Positions 18,452 to 25,222 of a stretch of 38,758 nucleotides of DNA are shown here, piece by piece. The stretch's first letter is position 1; every line of letters begins with the position of its first letter. A program made the translations under genes and the position numbers. This stretch comes from a virus: IMG/VR virus record IMGVR_UViG_3300024346_000197. One strand, given 5' to 3'. The notes below the pieces were generated by a model. That model saw only the letters and a program-made list of their open reading frames with translations, searched no databases and had not been told where the DNA came from.

Positions 18452-18904
18452 TTATTCCTCGCCCCAAGGGCCCCATCCGTTGTCATACCTGGCATCGGCA
18501 TAGTTATAGATTGCTAAGGCAGACCTGAGGTTGATTGATGGGTCTTGAAGGTCTGTCAGACGCTCCAGGATGCCCCTAGACGAGAGATACTTGACCCAGA
18601 AGCCATTTACTTGCATGAGCCCCCAAGAGCCTTTATTTGGGTCATCTTTGTTGATTGCATAGAGACTGCATTTTGATTCTCGCCACATGATTTTGTCTAA
18701 TTTGTCTAGCAGGCTACGTGACCAGCCTTCCTGAACGGCAAGATGCCACCATTGAGGACATTTGGCGTCCACAGGTGGGCGAACCATGGCTCCTTCTGGG
18801 GCTCGCAGGTTTCTGACTAGCAAAGACCCTTCCGAAGTGGGGTTTGTTGGGGGCAAAACACCCCCAAGAATTAGGCTAAGTGTGACTGTTATTTGTGCTA
18901 TCAA
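18452..18904 (-). CDS. Lytic transglycosylase (SLT domain) with an N-terminal hydrophobic segment (150 aa)
   Basis: MWRESKCSLYAIN carries the catalytic Glu-Ser. GLMQVNGFW and ALAIYNYA follow the SLT pattern. The N-terminus MIAQITVTLSLILGGVLPP is hydrophobic. TTG start overlaps the upstream stop. Confidence 0.75.
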   Translation of the reverse strand: MIAQITVTLSLILGGVLPPTNPTSEGSLLVRNLRAPEGAMVRPPVDAKCPQWWHLAVQEGWSRSLLDKLDKIMWRESKCSLYAINKDDPNKGSWGLMQVNGFWVKYLSSRGILERLTDLQDPSINLRSALAIYNYADARYDNGWGPWGEE

Positions 18905-19125
18905 GTAGAATCTCCTTGTAGTGCGAGGGACATGACAGTTTCCATTTCATGCTTTGCGGACAAAAGCTCTGTCAATTCTGTATGCACGGATTCTACTCTT
19001 TCATCCATTGCATGCCTCATGACTTTTTTGGCTAGTTGGTCCACTCCAATTGCGAGTGATTTGATAACTGTTCGCAATTCTGACAGCGTGAGTGAAACTT
19101 CGATTGTTGGTTCTTGTTTCCTCAC
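18901..19125 (-). CDS. Small hypothetical helical protein (74 aa)
   Basis: Coupled ORF in the minus-strand chain. No motif. Confidence 0.55.
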   Translation of the reverse strand: MRKQEPTIEVSLTLSELRTVIKSLAIGVDQLAKKVMRHAMDERVESVHTELTELLSAKHEMETVMSLALQGDST

Positions 19126-19646
19126 GGTAGTTGCATAACTGTTTTTGCTGTCGACATTGCCTTCACAAAGTCGTAGAATATTTCAAGTGCTGTCTTAAGA
19201 GAGCCTTGAGCGTTACCTGTGTCGTAGGTGATTTCTTCTTTGCCCTTGAAATGGATTGCTGAACCCATTTTGCCGTTATGTAACAAAGTTACAAGGCGTA
19301 CACGCACACGTTCCGGATGTTGTGATGGTGCTACATCATCATCATAATCTCCATCTTTGTCGATTGGTGCAGCCCAACCGCATGTGCTGACTGCAAAACT
19401 TTTGAATCCAGAATCAACAAGTGCTGCCACATTGCCCATGTCAGCGAGCATCTCATAAATGTCGCTGTCTTCTGCCACAACTTTGCACCATGGGATTTCA
19501 CCGTGGATGTAGTCGAACCCGAACAATGTTGCTTTTGGTAATTGGAATTCATCATCGTGTAGTTCCACGATTTTTTCTGTGATAGCACGGTCAATTTCTT
19601 TGATTGTTGTCTCAAACTTTTCCGTGTAGTTGATTGCCTTTGTCAT
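19122..19646 (-). CDS. Hypothetical protein (174 aa)
   Basis: Overlap-coupled at both ends. Globular acidic sequence. No recognised motif. Confidence 0.65.
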   Translation of the reverse strand: MTKAINYTEKFETTIKEIDRAITEKIVELHDDEFQLPKATLFGFDYIHGEIPWCKVVAEDSDIYEMLADMGNVAALVDSGFKSFAVSTCGWAAPIDKDGDYDDDVAPSQHPERVRVRLVTLLHNGKMGSAIHFKGKEEITYDTGNAQGSLKTALEIFYDFVKAMSTAKTVMQLP

Positions 19647-19909
19647 GCTGGTATCTCCTGTTTCTGTTTCTGTTTGGATTTTCTGTATTGTGTTTTGCCG
19701 TCATACAGGGTCACTCCCCCCCATATGCCGAATGATTGCGTTGCAACTCCATAGTCAAAACATTTTTTTTTGATTGAACATGTTTTGCATATTTCTTTTG
19801 CTTTTTTTGTTGTGACGATTGCCTGTTTGTTCATAGGCCATACAGGAAACCACCACTTGGTTGGTTGGTTTTTACAGTTTGCTTTACTGAAGTCTGGTGC
19901 TTTATGCAT
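19643..19909 (-). CDS. whiB: WhiB-family Fe-S transcription factor (88 aa)
   Basis: Four Cys (C...CKTCSIKKKC = C-x2-C-x5-C) followed by FGIWGG, the WhiB G-[VI]-W-G-G turn, and a basic C-terminal tail. Confidence 0.8.
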   Translation of the reverse strand: MHKAPDFSKANCKNQPTKWWFPVWPMNKQAIVTTKKAKEICKTCSIKKKCFDYGVATQSFGIWGGVTLYDGKTQYRKSKQKQKQEIPA

Positions 19910-20426
19910 CGAGCTTTGTTATTAGTCGATTGCCGAGAGTGTTTAGGATTTGTTCAATGATTCGGTTCTCCATGTTTATTGCCATCTCCGTAATTTTGTC
20001 GTCGACACGTGTAGCGATATCCATGTTTTCTATGTAGGTTTGCATTGCGTTGTTCATTTGTGTTCTGAATCGGTTATTTGAAACAATTGCAAAAGTCAAT
20101 GTTTCTGAGATGTTTTCGCTACCAAGTATTTCTGAACTTATTTCTGAGTAGTCAAGATTGTCCCTGATATCTGTAGTGATTGAGTCGTAGTCAATTGACT
20201 CCATAACCCAGTCACGAATCTTGCGACAGAAGTCTCGGTCATTTCTGATTAAGTCTGAAACATTGTCTGCAACATCAGATGCTGTTGGGATGCGACCATT
20301 TACATGTCGCTCTACTTGGTCAATAATGGTTGTTTCCATTGACTGATTGAATAGTGATGGCATTGATGCGCTGTCCAAAGACACATCGAATTCCATAACT
20401 GATGGGATGAGTTTGATTGTTGTCAT
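19902..20426 (-). CDS. Hypothetical protein (174 aa)
   Basis: Coupled ORF. Acidic, Ile/Asn/Asp-rich. No motif. Confidence 0.6.
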   Translation of the reverse strand: MTTIKLIPSVMEFDVSLDSASMPSLFNQSMETTIIDQVERHVNGRIPTASDVADNVSDLIRNDRDFCRKIRDWVMESIDYDSITTDIRDNLDYSEISSEILGSENISETLTFAIVSNNRFRTQMNNAMQTYIENMDIATRVDDKITEMAINMENRIIEQILNTLGNRLITKLDA

Positions 20427-20683
20427 TTTGTTTCCAACTTTCTTACGATGATTGAGTAACCGGTTTCACCCTCATGGATTGCCCATTCGAGTGGGTACTT
20501 TGCATAGATGTTTTTTCTTTGAGCAACTTTTTGTTGAGTTGCCATCAACTCTTTCCTTGTTTTTGTTTCTGAAGTGAATTCGATTATCCACTTGTTTGGT
20601 TCTGCTGTCATCATGATTTCTTTGACAAGCGCTTTTGTTTTTTGTTGTCTGATTACTGGGTTTTCGATGTATTGAAGTTCCAT
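20423..20683 (-). CDS. Hypothetical protein (86 aa)
   Basis: ATGA-type overlap with the downstream gene. No motif. Confidence 0.6.
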   Translation of the reverse strand: MELQYIENPVIRQQKTKALVKEIMMTAEPNKWIIEFTSETKTRKELMATQQKVAQRKNIYAKYPLEWAIHEGETGYSIIVRKLETK

Positions 20684-20692
20684 GATTTCTCC

Positions 20693-21673
20693 TTAGTAGT
20701 AACTTGGGTGTGTGTTTGTACCGGTTGGTGTTTCCCAACCGTGTTCTATCAATGTTGTATCTGATTCAATCCATAGTGCGTCCCAACAATCGCAAGCATC
20801 CATTGCACATAGCAAGCATGCACTACATGTTGCACAGTTTGTACGAAGCTCGTCATTGGGAACAATGTCTTGGATTCCACATCTTTGACAATCAACCATG
20901 TTGCGTGTTGCGTCATAGACGGTTGTGTACAACTCTGCTGCTTCGTAGCATTCCTCGGCGCTCAATGCGCCGATTGGAATCAATGCTTCATCGTCATCGT
21001 CATACATTGTTGTTGCTTTGTCCCACGATGATGCATACGACGTTGTTTTGTAACCGTAGTCCCAATCATTCCAACCACCGCCGTACATACCTGTGTGTCG
21101 CCTGTATGTAATTGCTGCTGGTTTGTATGACTCATTTGACCACCACACATCAGAATCCCAGTGACCATCTTTTTCGTTGAGGATGTACCAGTCATACTTT
21201 GCATCGTCATTGACGGTTAGGAACGCAAGCTTCGAACCCTTAGCCCACGTTGCCATCTGCTGGAAGTATTCACCATCATCAAGAGACGAGATGCCACCGA
21301 TTGCCGGCATAATGTCTTCAGCGAACACTCTGGTATCAGAGCGTGTCTCATTCTTTTCCATTTTGACAGGCAAGATACCGTTGTGGCCGAGCACGGTGTT
21401 TTTGTCTTCACCAAGTAGGAAAGGATGACAGTTGTCAACTGTGTTTGTACCGTGAGTAGTCCAACGGAAGTGGAAGATTGCAGGCCCTTGCATCTTTTTG
21501 CGAGCGTCCACAAACTTGTTTGCAACTTCTTCAAAGTCCATACTGCGAACAATGTGAAGTTTTTTACCTGTTGAAATAGCAAAGCCGAACCCATCAGGGT
21601 TGGCTTTAGCGGCGACACGGAACCTGTCCATGTCTGGTGTTACGTAGTCTGGTATCAGTGTGAGTAAACACAT
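20693..21673 (-). CDS. Class-II (Ntn) glutamine amidotransferase-like protein with a C-terminal Cys-cluster extension (326 aa)
   Basis: The N-terminus MC supplies the Cys nucleophile. HFRWTTHG, NCHPF and GHNGIL follow the GATase class-II (YafJ/GATase_4-like) pattern. The C-terminal ~130 aa are W/Y/G/D-rich and then carry CQRC...CATCSACLLCAMDACDC. Confidence 0.75.
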   Translation of the reverse strand: MCLLTLIPDYVTPDMDRFRVAAKANPDGFGFAISTGKKLHIVRSMDFEEVANKFVDARKKMQGPAIFHFRWTTHGTNTVDNCHPFLLGEDKNTVLGHNGILPVKMEKNETRSDTRVFAEDIMPAIGGISSLDDGEYFQQMATWAKGSKLAFLTVNDDAKYDWYILNEKDGHWDSDVWWSNESYKPAAITYRRHTGMYGGGWNDWDYGYKTTSYASSWDKATTMYDDDDEALIPIGALSAEECYEAAELYTTVYDATRNMVDCQRCGIQDIVPNDELRTNCATCSACLLCAMDACDCWDALWIESDTTLIEHGWETPTGTNTHPSYY

Positions 21674-21674
21674 A

Positions 21675-22691
21675 TTAAACTAACTCCCTTTCTTTTACTC
21701 TTTCTGAAATTCTTTGGTTGAGGATGTGGAACTTTGAGCGTTCGATTGTCCATTTGTTGAATGAATCGAACATCAATCCACCTGATACGGCTTCTTTTAT
21801 GTTCACATCTTTTGTGTACTCAAATAGTGCTTGAGCAAATTGAATTGCTGCTAGCACCGTGTCTGTGTTGAGTGATGGACGGAAGAACCGTAACTCAATT
21901 GTTTTTGTGTTTTGCAAATTGACCGCCATGAACCGTTCCGAGTTCATCACATGTCCCTTTGCCATTTGAGTCAAGGTGTTGCCCTTGATTGTCTTTTCCT
22001 CGTAGTGGTCGTATCGAGCATTGAGGAACATGTTCATGTCAAATCGTGCATAACGAGTTGACTCACGACCAGCGAATTGCACAAGTGGAATGCGATTTTT
22101 ATAGATGAAGTAAATGAATTTCATCAAGTGTGAATCGTTGATGAATGCATTGCGTGACAAGTGCAAATGCAATCCACATGTGCTTGCATTCCAGGCATGA
22201 AATCCACGAGACTTCAAACCAGAAATTGCTTTCCAGTTGAAATCTTGCATGAAGAATTCCATTGTGCCGGGATGTGAAACAATTTCGAAGCCATGGTCAA
22301 GTGAACCATCAGATTTGAGGTAAACAGTTTCCATTCCGCTGATTACAGTGTTTGCTTTTACAAACCTTGCACCGTTCATTCTGTCACCAGAAACACATTC
22401 TGTTTCCAATTCGACTCCGATATACAACTCAGGGCTCATTTTGTCCCCGTTGTATTTTGTTACTGAACGATATGCCGAACGGAAGTCACCGTTTTCATGC
22501 ATGAAGATTGGACGTTTCTTGAATGCCCACGGAAGGATGAGACCTTCATCATTGTCATCACTGTTGTGGTTTGTGTATGATTCATAGCAATCTTCACCAC
22601 ACCACCAATCGCCACCGATATCGACCATGTCCTCGATTTCGTATGTTTCTTCACAGTTTGGGCATGTGATTTCTTCATTATTTCTTGGCAC
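21675..22691 (-). CDS. Amidoligase (glutamine-synthetase-fold COOH-NH2 ligase, Amidoligase_2-like) with an N-terminal zinc ribbon (338 aa)
   Basis: Motifs are YIGVELETE, DGSLDHGFEIVSHP and CGLHLHLSR. The N-terminus has CPNC...CGEDC. GTG start is preceded by aaaggagaa. Confidence 0.7.
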   Translation of the reverse strand: MPRNNEEITCPNCEETYEIEDMVDIGGDWWCGEDCYESYTNHNSDDNDEGLILPWAFKKRPIFMHENGDFRSAYRSVTKYNGDKMSPELYIGVELETECVSGDRMNGARFVKANTVISGMETVYLKSDGSLDHGFEIVSHPGTMEFFMQDFNWKAISGLKSRGFHAWNASTCGLHLHLSRNAFINDSHLMKFIYFIYKNRIPLVQFAGRESTRYARFDMNMFLNARYDHYEEKTIKGNTLTQMAKGHVMNSERFMAVNLQNTKTIELRFFRPSLNTDTVLAAIQFAQALFEYTKDVNIKEAVSGGLMFDSFNKWTIERSKFHILNQRISERVKERELV

Positions 22692-22842
22692 TGACTTCTC
22701 CTTTTTGGATGGAAAAACCCATCATTTGCTGGAGTTTTTCGTTTTCTTTTCTGAGGTAGGTGATTTCTTCTTGTGCAGCCCTCATTAGGTTGGTGGCTTG
22801 TTCCAATGCTTCGTTGATTTCATTGATGGTTGGTATTGACAT
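22678..22842 (-). CDS. Small coiled-coil protein (54 aa)
   Basis: Under 60 aa, so absent from the track. ATG 22842 is preceded by ggaggg. Sequence: MSIPTINEINEALEQATNLMRAAQEEITYLRKENEKLQQMM.... The stop overlaps the amidoligase start region. Confidence 0.6.
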   Translation of the reverse strand: MSIPTINEINEALEQATNLMRAAQEEITYLRKENEKLQQMMGFSIQKGEVSAKK

Positions 22843-22850
22843 GTGCCCTC

Positions 22851-23009
22851 CTAGTAGGACTGTTCTTTTTGCGGCGAACCCGACTTGATAAGAGTTATAT
22901 CAAGCAAGTTGTTTAGTTTTTTGTTTTCGATGATGAGTTTTTCGTTTTCTTGCATAAGCATGATTACGACCTCATTCATGTATTTGATTTGCTTGCGTTT
23001 AGTAATCAT
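22851..23009 (-). CDS. Small coiled-coil protein (52 aa from ATG 23009)
   Basis: ATG 23009 is preceded by gaaagg. Sequence: MITKRKQIKYMNEVVIMLMQENEKLIIENKKLNNLL. The longer track ORF would run through the hairpin at 23031..23066. Confidence 0.55.
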   Translation of the reverse strand: MITKRKQIKYMNEVVIMLMQENEKLIIENKKLNNLLDITLIKSGSPQKEQSY

Positions 23010-23030
23010 TACTAACCTTTCGTGAGAGGG

Positions 23031-23066
23031 TGTTTGTGCGCCACCCACCAAGGGGGCGCACAAACA
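23031..23066 (-). terminator. Perfect 12-bp GC-rich hairpin (tgtttgtgcgcc / ggcgcacaaaca) in an intergenic gap; candidate U-tract-less terminator or attenuator
   Basis: Read directly. It lies between the stop at 23079 and the start at 23009. Confidence 0.5.
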
Positions 23067-23078
23067 GACGAACACAAT

Positions 23079-23372
23079 TCACAAATTCAACTCACGTTGC
23101 AGGTTGACCCAACTTGCAACGATTTCTGCTGCTTCCACAAATGGTGGCACATCAATGTTTTCCCACATTTTGTTGACAATAGTTATGTCATGATTAGTGA
23201 AGAACAATGCATACTCCTCGTCGTACGTGTACTTGTTGAACACGCTTGTTAGTAGATGGAATTGCCAATCATGGTCAAACATGGTTTTGATAGTTATCAA
23301 ATATGTTTTGTTTTCAACGATTGGGTCGCCCACCCGCCAATCAACGAGTAGTTTTGAAAATTCAGCACTCAT
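23079..23372 (-). CDS. Hypothetical protein (97 aa)
   Basis: ATG at 23372. Globular W/F/Y-rich sequence. No motif. Confidence 0.6.
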   Translation of the reverse strand: MSAEFSKLLVDWRVGDPIVENKTYLITIKTMFDHDWQFHLLTSVFNKYTYDEEYALFFTNHDITIVNKMWENIDVPPFVEAAEIVASWVNLQRELNL

Positions 23373-23408
23373 TTAGACCCATCCGAGACTTTCCCCCTCT
23401 GTGTTGAA

Positions 23409-23541
23409 AACCGATTTCGACTGACCCCCTTGCGGGGTCATGTCGGAATCGGTTCGTGTTTTGACCTGAACCATTACGCACTGTTTTGTGCGTAATGATG
23501 TAATCGGCAATTTTGTGTTTCGCTAACGAACAGTTAGCGAA
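23409..23541 (-). promoter_or_regulatory. Array of three stem-loops in a non-coding leader
   Basis: 23409..23454 is an imperfect ~19-bp stem. 23472..23497 is a perfect 10-bp stem (cattacgcac/gtgcgtaatg). 23519..23541 is a perfect 8-bp stem (ttcgctaa/ttagcgaa). Confidence 0.6.
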
Positions 23542-23579
23542 TACACGAAATAGTGCGTAGCACGGTGCACGATGCCCTT

Positions 23580-23628
23580 CACACACAAAGGGCCGGGCAG
23601 CTTGCTGCCCAGCCCCTTTCGTGTGTGT
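23580..23628 (-). terminator. Long imperfect GC-rich hairpin immediately 3' of the 23642 stop; candidate U-tract-less (I-shaped) terminator
   Basis: acacacaaagggccgggcag-cttg-ctgcccagcccctttcgtgtgt forms about 20 paired positions. Confidence 0.6.
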
Positions 23629-23641
23629 ATGACAAACACAC

Positions 23642-24100
23642 TTATCGTGGGTCGAATGCCCCACGAGCCTGTGCTTCACCAATGTTTGGGTTCGGCTTGT
23701 TGCTGATTACCTTGAGACCAATGTCCAAGGTGCCCTTGCCGTACTTGTACTTGACTTCCTCGCCTGCGGAATTCACATAACCGTAGACGATTGGCGCAAG
23801 AACTGGCTTGCCTTCAGCGTCAACAACCGTGCTTCGGGTCGTTGCGTCGTAGGCGTAAGCATGCCTGATTGACGATGCCTTCATCGTCAACTCGGAACCC
23901 TCATTGATGTTGAACGAGGCAATTTTTGCGTAGGTCATGTATACCTGCCACTGAATTCCCTTGCTGTTGGCAACGAAGCGTACGAATGCGCCGTTTTTTG
24001 CCCCTTCATCAATGCTTGCCACCGTCATTGTCACGGTGTCGCTTTGTGGCACGGTCGAGGCTGGAGCCTTCGCCGTGTTGGTCTTTTTTGATGTGGTCAT
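23642..24100 (-). CDS. Hypothetical beta-rich protein (152 aa) in its own hairpin-flanked unit
   Basis: RBS gaaagg. An A/T-rich tract lies upstream and a strong hairpin downstream. No motif, and it lacks the acidic tail expected of a classical SSB. Confidence 0.7.
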   Translation of the reverse strand: MTTSKKTNTAKAPASTVPQSDTVTMTVASIDEGAKNGAFVRFVANSKGIQWQVYMTYAKIASFNINEGSELTMKASSIRHAYAYDATTRSTVVDAEGKPVLAPIVYGYVNSAGEEVKYKYGKGTLDIGLKVISNKPNPNIGEAQARGAFDPR

Positions 24101-24159
24101 GATGACCTTTCTGTCCCGTAGGACTTTGTTTATTTATTTTTTTATTTTTTTGTTTGTGA

Positions 24160-24194
24160 GCTTCTCGACCCACGCAAAAGCGGGGGCGAGAAGC
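24160..24194 (-). terminator. GC-rich hairpin (gcttctcg...cgagaagc with an inner GC stem) between two genes, followed on the minus strand by an A/T-rich tract (24131..24157)
   Basis: Read directly. The tract tttatttatttttttatttttttgtttg adjoins it. Confidence 0.5.
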
Positions 24195-24202
24195 GAACAA
24201 CA

Positions 24203-24460
24203 TCAATCTGCCCAACCTTGACTTTCGTTGAGTTGCTCGAAACGGTCATCGTCTCGCCAATCAACATCTGTGGTCGGAAGGGCCAAGTCATTGTCAGACG
24301 GTTCTTGCGAGGCTTCAAAGTCTCGCAACATGTCCAAACGGTGAAGCCGAATCTCAGGGTCGTCCTCGTCGTCAACTCCGTCAATCTCGTCCTGAACGGA
24401 CTGATAGGCAGAGCCGTAGTGTTTGTCAAGCACATAACGAGTAATGCGTGGTTCGTCCAC
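24203..24460 (-). CDS. Highly acidic small protein (85 aa from GTG 24460; the track ORF opens at GTG 24496)
   Basis: GTG 24460 has ggagac 5 nt upstream. GTG 24496 lies inside a 13-bp hairpin arm and has no RBS. The sequence is Asp/Glu-rich (DEIDGVDDEDDPE, PSDNDLALPTTDVDWRDDD). Confidence 0.6.
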   Translation of the reverse strand: MDEPRITRYVLDKHYGSAYQSVQDEIDGVDDEDDPEIRLHRLDMLRDFEASQEPSDNDLALPTTDVDWRDDDRFEQLNESQGWAD

Positions 24461-24488
24461 AAAGTCTCCAATCTGTAGGTAAGTGAAG

Positions 24489-24521
24489 TTTCTCACGGGG
24501 GCGAAAAACCCCCGTGAGAAA
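24489..24521 (-). terminator. Perfect 13-bp hairpin (tttctcacggggg / cccccgtgagaaa, 7-nt loop)
   Basis: Read directly. It starts 6 nt 3' of the 24527 stop. There is no U-tract. Confidence 0.55.
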
Positions 24522-24526
24522 CGAAC

Positions 24527-24661
24527 TCAGTGTTTTTTCAAACACCAATTACGGCTGACTGAAATGTCCTCAACAGCCTTGTCATAACCAAGCTCGTAAA
24601 CGATACGACCAAAGATTGTCAAGGCGATTGAAGCGCAGGTGAACAAGCCAAACCAGTTCAT
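24527..24661 (-). CDS. Small membrane protein (44 aa)
   Basis: Under 60 aa. ATGA overlap with the upstream small ORF. Sequence: MNWFGLFTCASIALTIFGRIVYELGYDKAVEDISVSRNWCLKKH, with one hydrophobic helix. Confidence 0.5.
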   Translation of the reverse strand: MNWFGLFTCASIALTIFGRIVYELGYDKAVEDISVSRNWCLKKH

Positions 24662-24816
24662 GACGCAATCCCACGAGTGAGAGCGAAATGAGTGTTCAAC
24701 AAGTTGACCAACCCATCGTTTTTCATTTCAAGGTCAGCAATCACATCGGCCTGACGCTCCATTTTGGACTGAAGCTCCTCAACCTTTTTGTACAACAGAT
24801 GTTCTGTGTATGTCAT
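24658..24816 (-). CDS. Small coiled-coil protein (52 aa)
   Basis: Under 60 aa. ATG 24816 lies 27 nt downstream of repeat element A. Sequence: MTYTEHLLYKKVEELQSKMERQADVIADLEMKNDGLVNLL.... Confidence 0.5.
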   Translation of the reverse strand: MTYTEHLLYKKVEELQSKMERQADVIADLEMKNDGLVNLLNTHFALTRGIAS

Positions 24817-24842
24817 AAAACCCAACTTTCAGATAGTAGGAA

Positions 24843-24908
24843 TAAAGCCCAATGTTGACCTGCCAGGGCAATCGCAGGGTTCATGTTGTTTTGTGTCCAC
24901 CAATGGAC
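24843..24908 (-). promoter_or_regulatory. Repeated intergenic element, copy A (candidate early promoter/operator)
   Basis: taaagcccaatgtt...agggcaatcgcagggttcatgttgttt....tccaccaatggac matches 25145..25211 at most positions with a 1-nt indel. It contains the inverted repeat gtcca-nnnn-tggac. Confidence 0.6.
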
Positions 24909-24918
24909 AAAGCATGTA

Positions 24919-25116
24919 TTAGATGTTCTCCCACTCAATGAGTGACGAAGGAACAACATTTACATCCTCTTTACAGATGCGAGTCTCGATTTGAACAATG
25001 TCACCGAATTGTTGTAGCAAAGCGAGTTCACGACCCAACTCTGACTGTGCGTTCGCAATCTGGTTACGAAGTTCATAGACCCTGTTGTTTACTTGCTCAA
25101 AAGTTTTATTTTTCAC
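24919..25116 (-). CDS. Small coiled-coil protein (65 aa)
   Basis: GTG start is preceded by gggaga and lies 29 nt downstream of repeat element B. Confidence 0.55.
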   Translation of the reverse strand: MKNKTFEQVNNRVYELRNQIANAQSELGRELALLQQFGDIVQIETRICKEDVNVVPSSLIEWENI

Positions 25117-25144
25117 GATAATCTCCCAAAGTAGTTGTGGTTAG

Positions 25145-25211
25145 TAAAGCCCAATGTTTTGCTTGCTAGGGCTATCGCAAGGTTCATGTTGTTTAGAGTC
25201 CACCAATGGAC
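25145..25211 (-). promoter_or_regulatory. Repeated intergenic element, copy B
   Basis: See copy A. It sits at the same distance from the downstream start codon. Confidence 0.6.
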
Positions 25212-25222
25212 GATGCTGAAAA

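Noticed and set aside
23645-23668. tRNA-like T-arm sequence (cgtgggtcgaatgccccacg)
   Set aside because: It lies inside the 3' end of the 23642..24100 CDS. No acceptor, D or anticodon arms could be built around it. I found no tRNA elsewhere.
23362-23682. 106-aa minus-strand ORF covering the hairpin array
   Set aside because: Its composition is implausible for a protein (His/Cys/Arg/Gly-rich, for example HSTHDKCVCHTHTKGAGQQAARPF). It has no RBS and overlaps the 3' end of the 23642 gene. The region is better explained by four stem-loops.
24131-24194. Rho-independent terminator with a U-tract
   Set aside because: The T-run precedes the hairpin on the plus strand and follows it as an A-run on the minus strand. 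So neither orientation gives a hairpin followed by U-tract. It is kept only as a hairpin next to an A/T-rich promoter-like tract.
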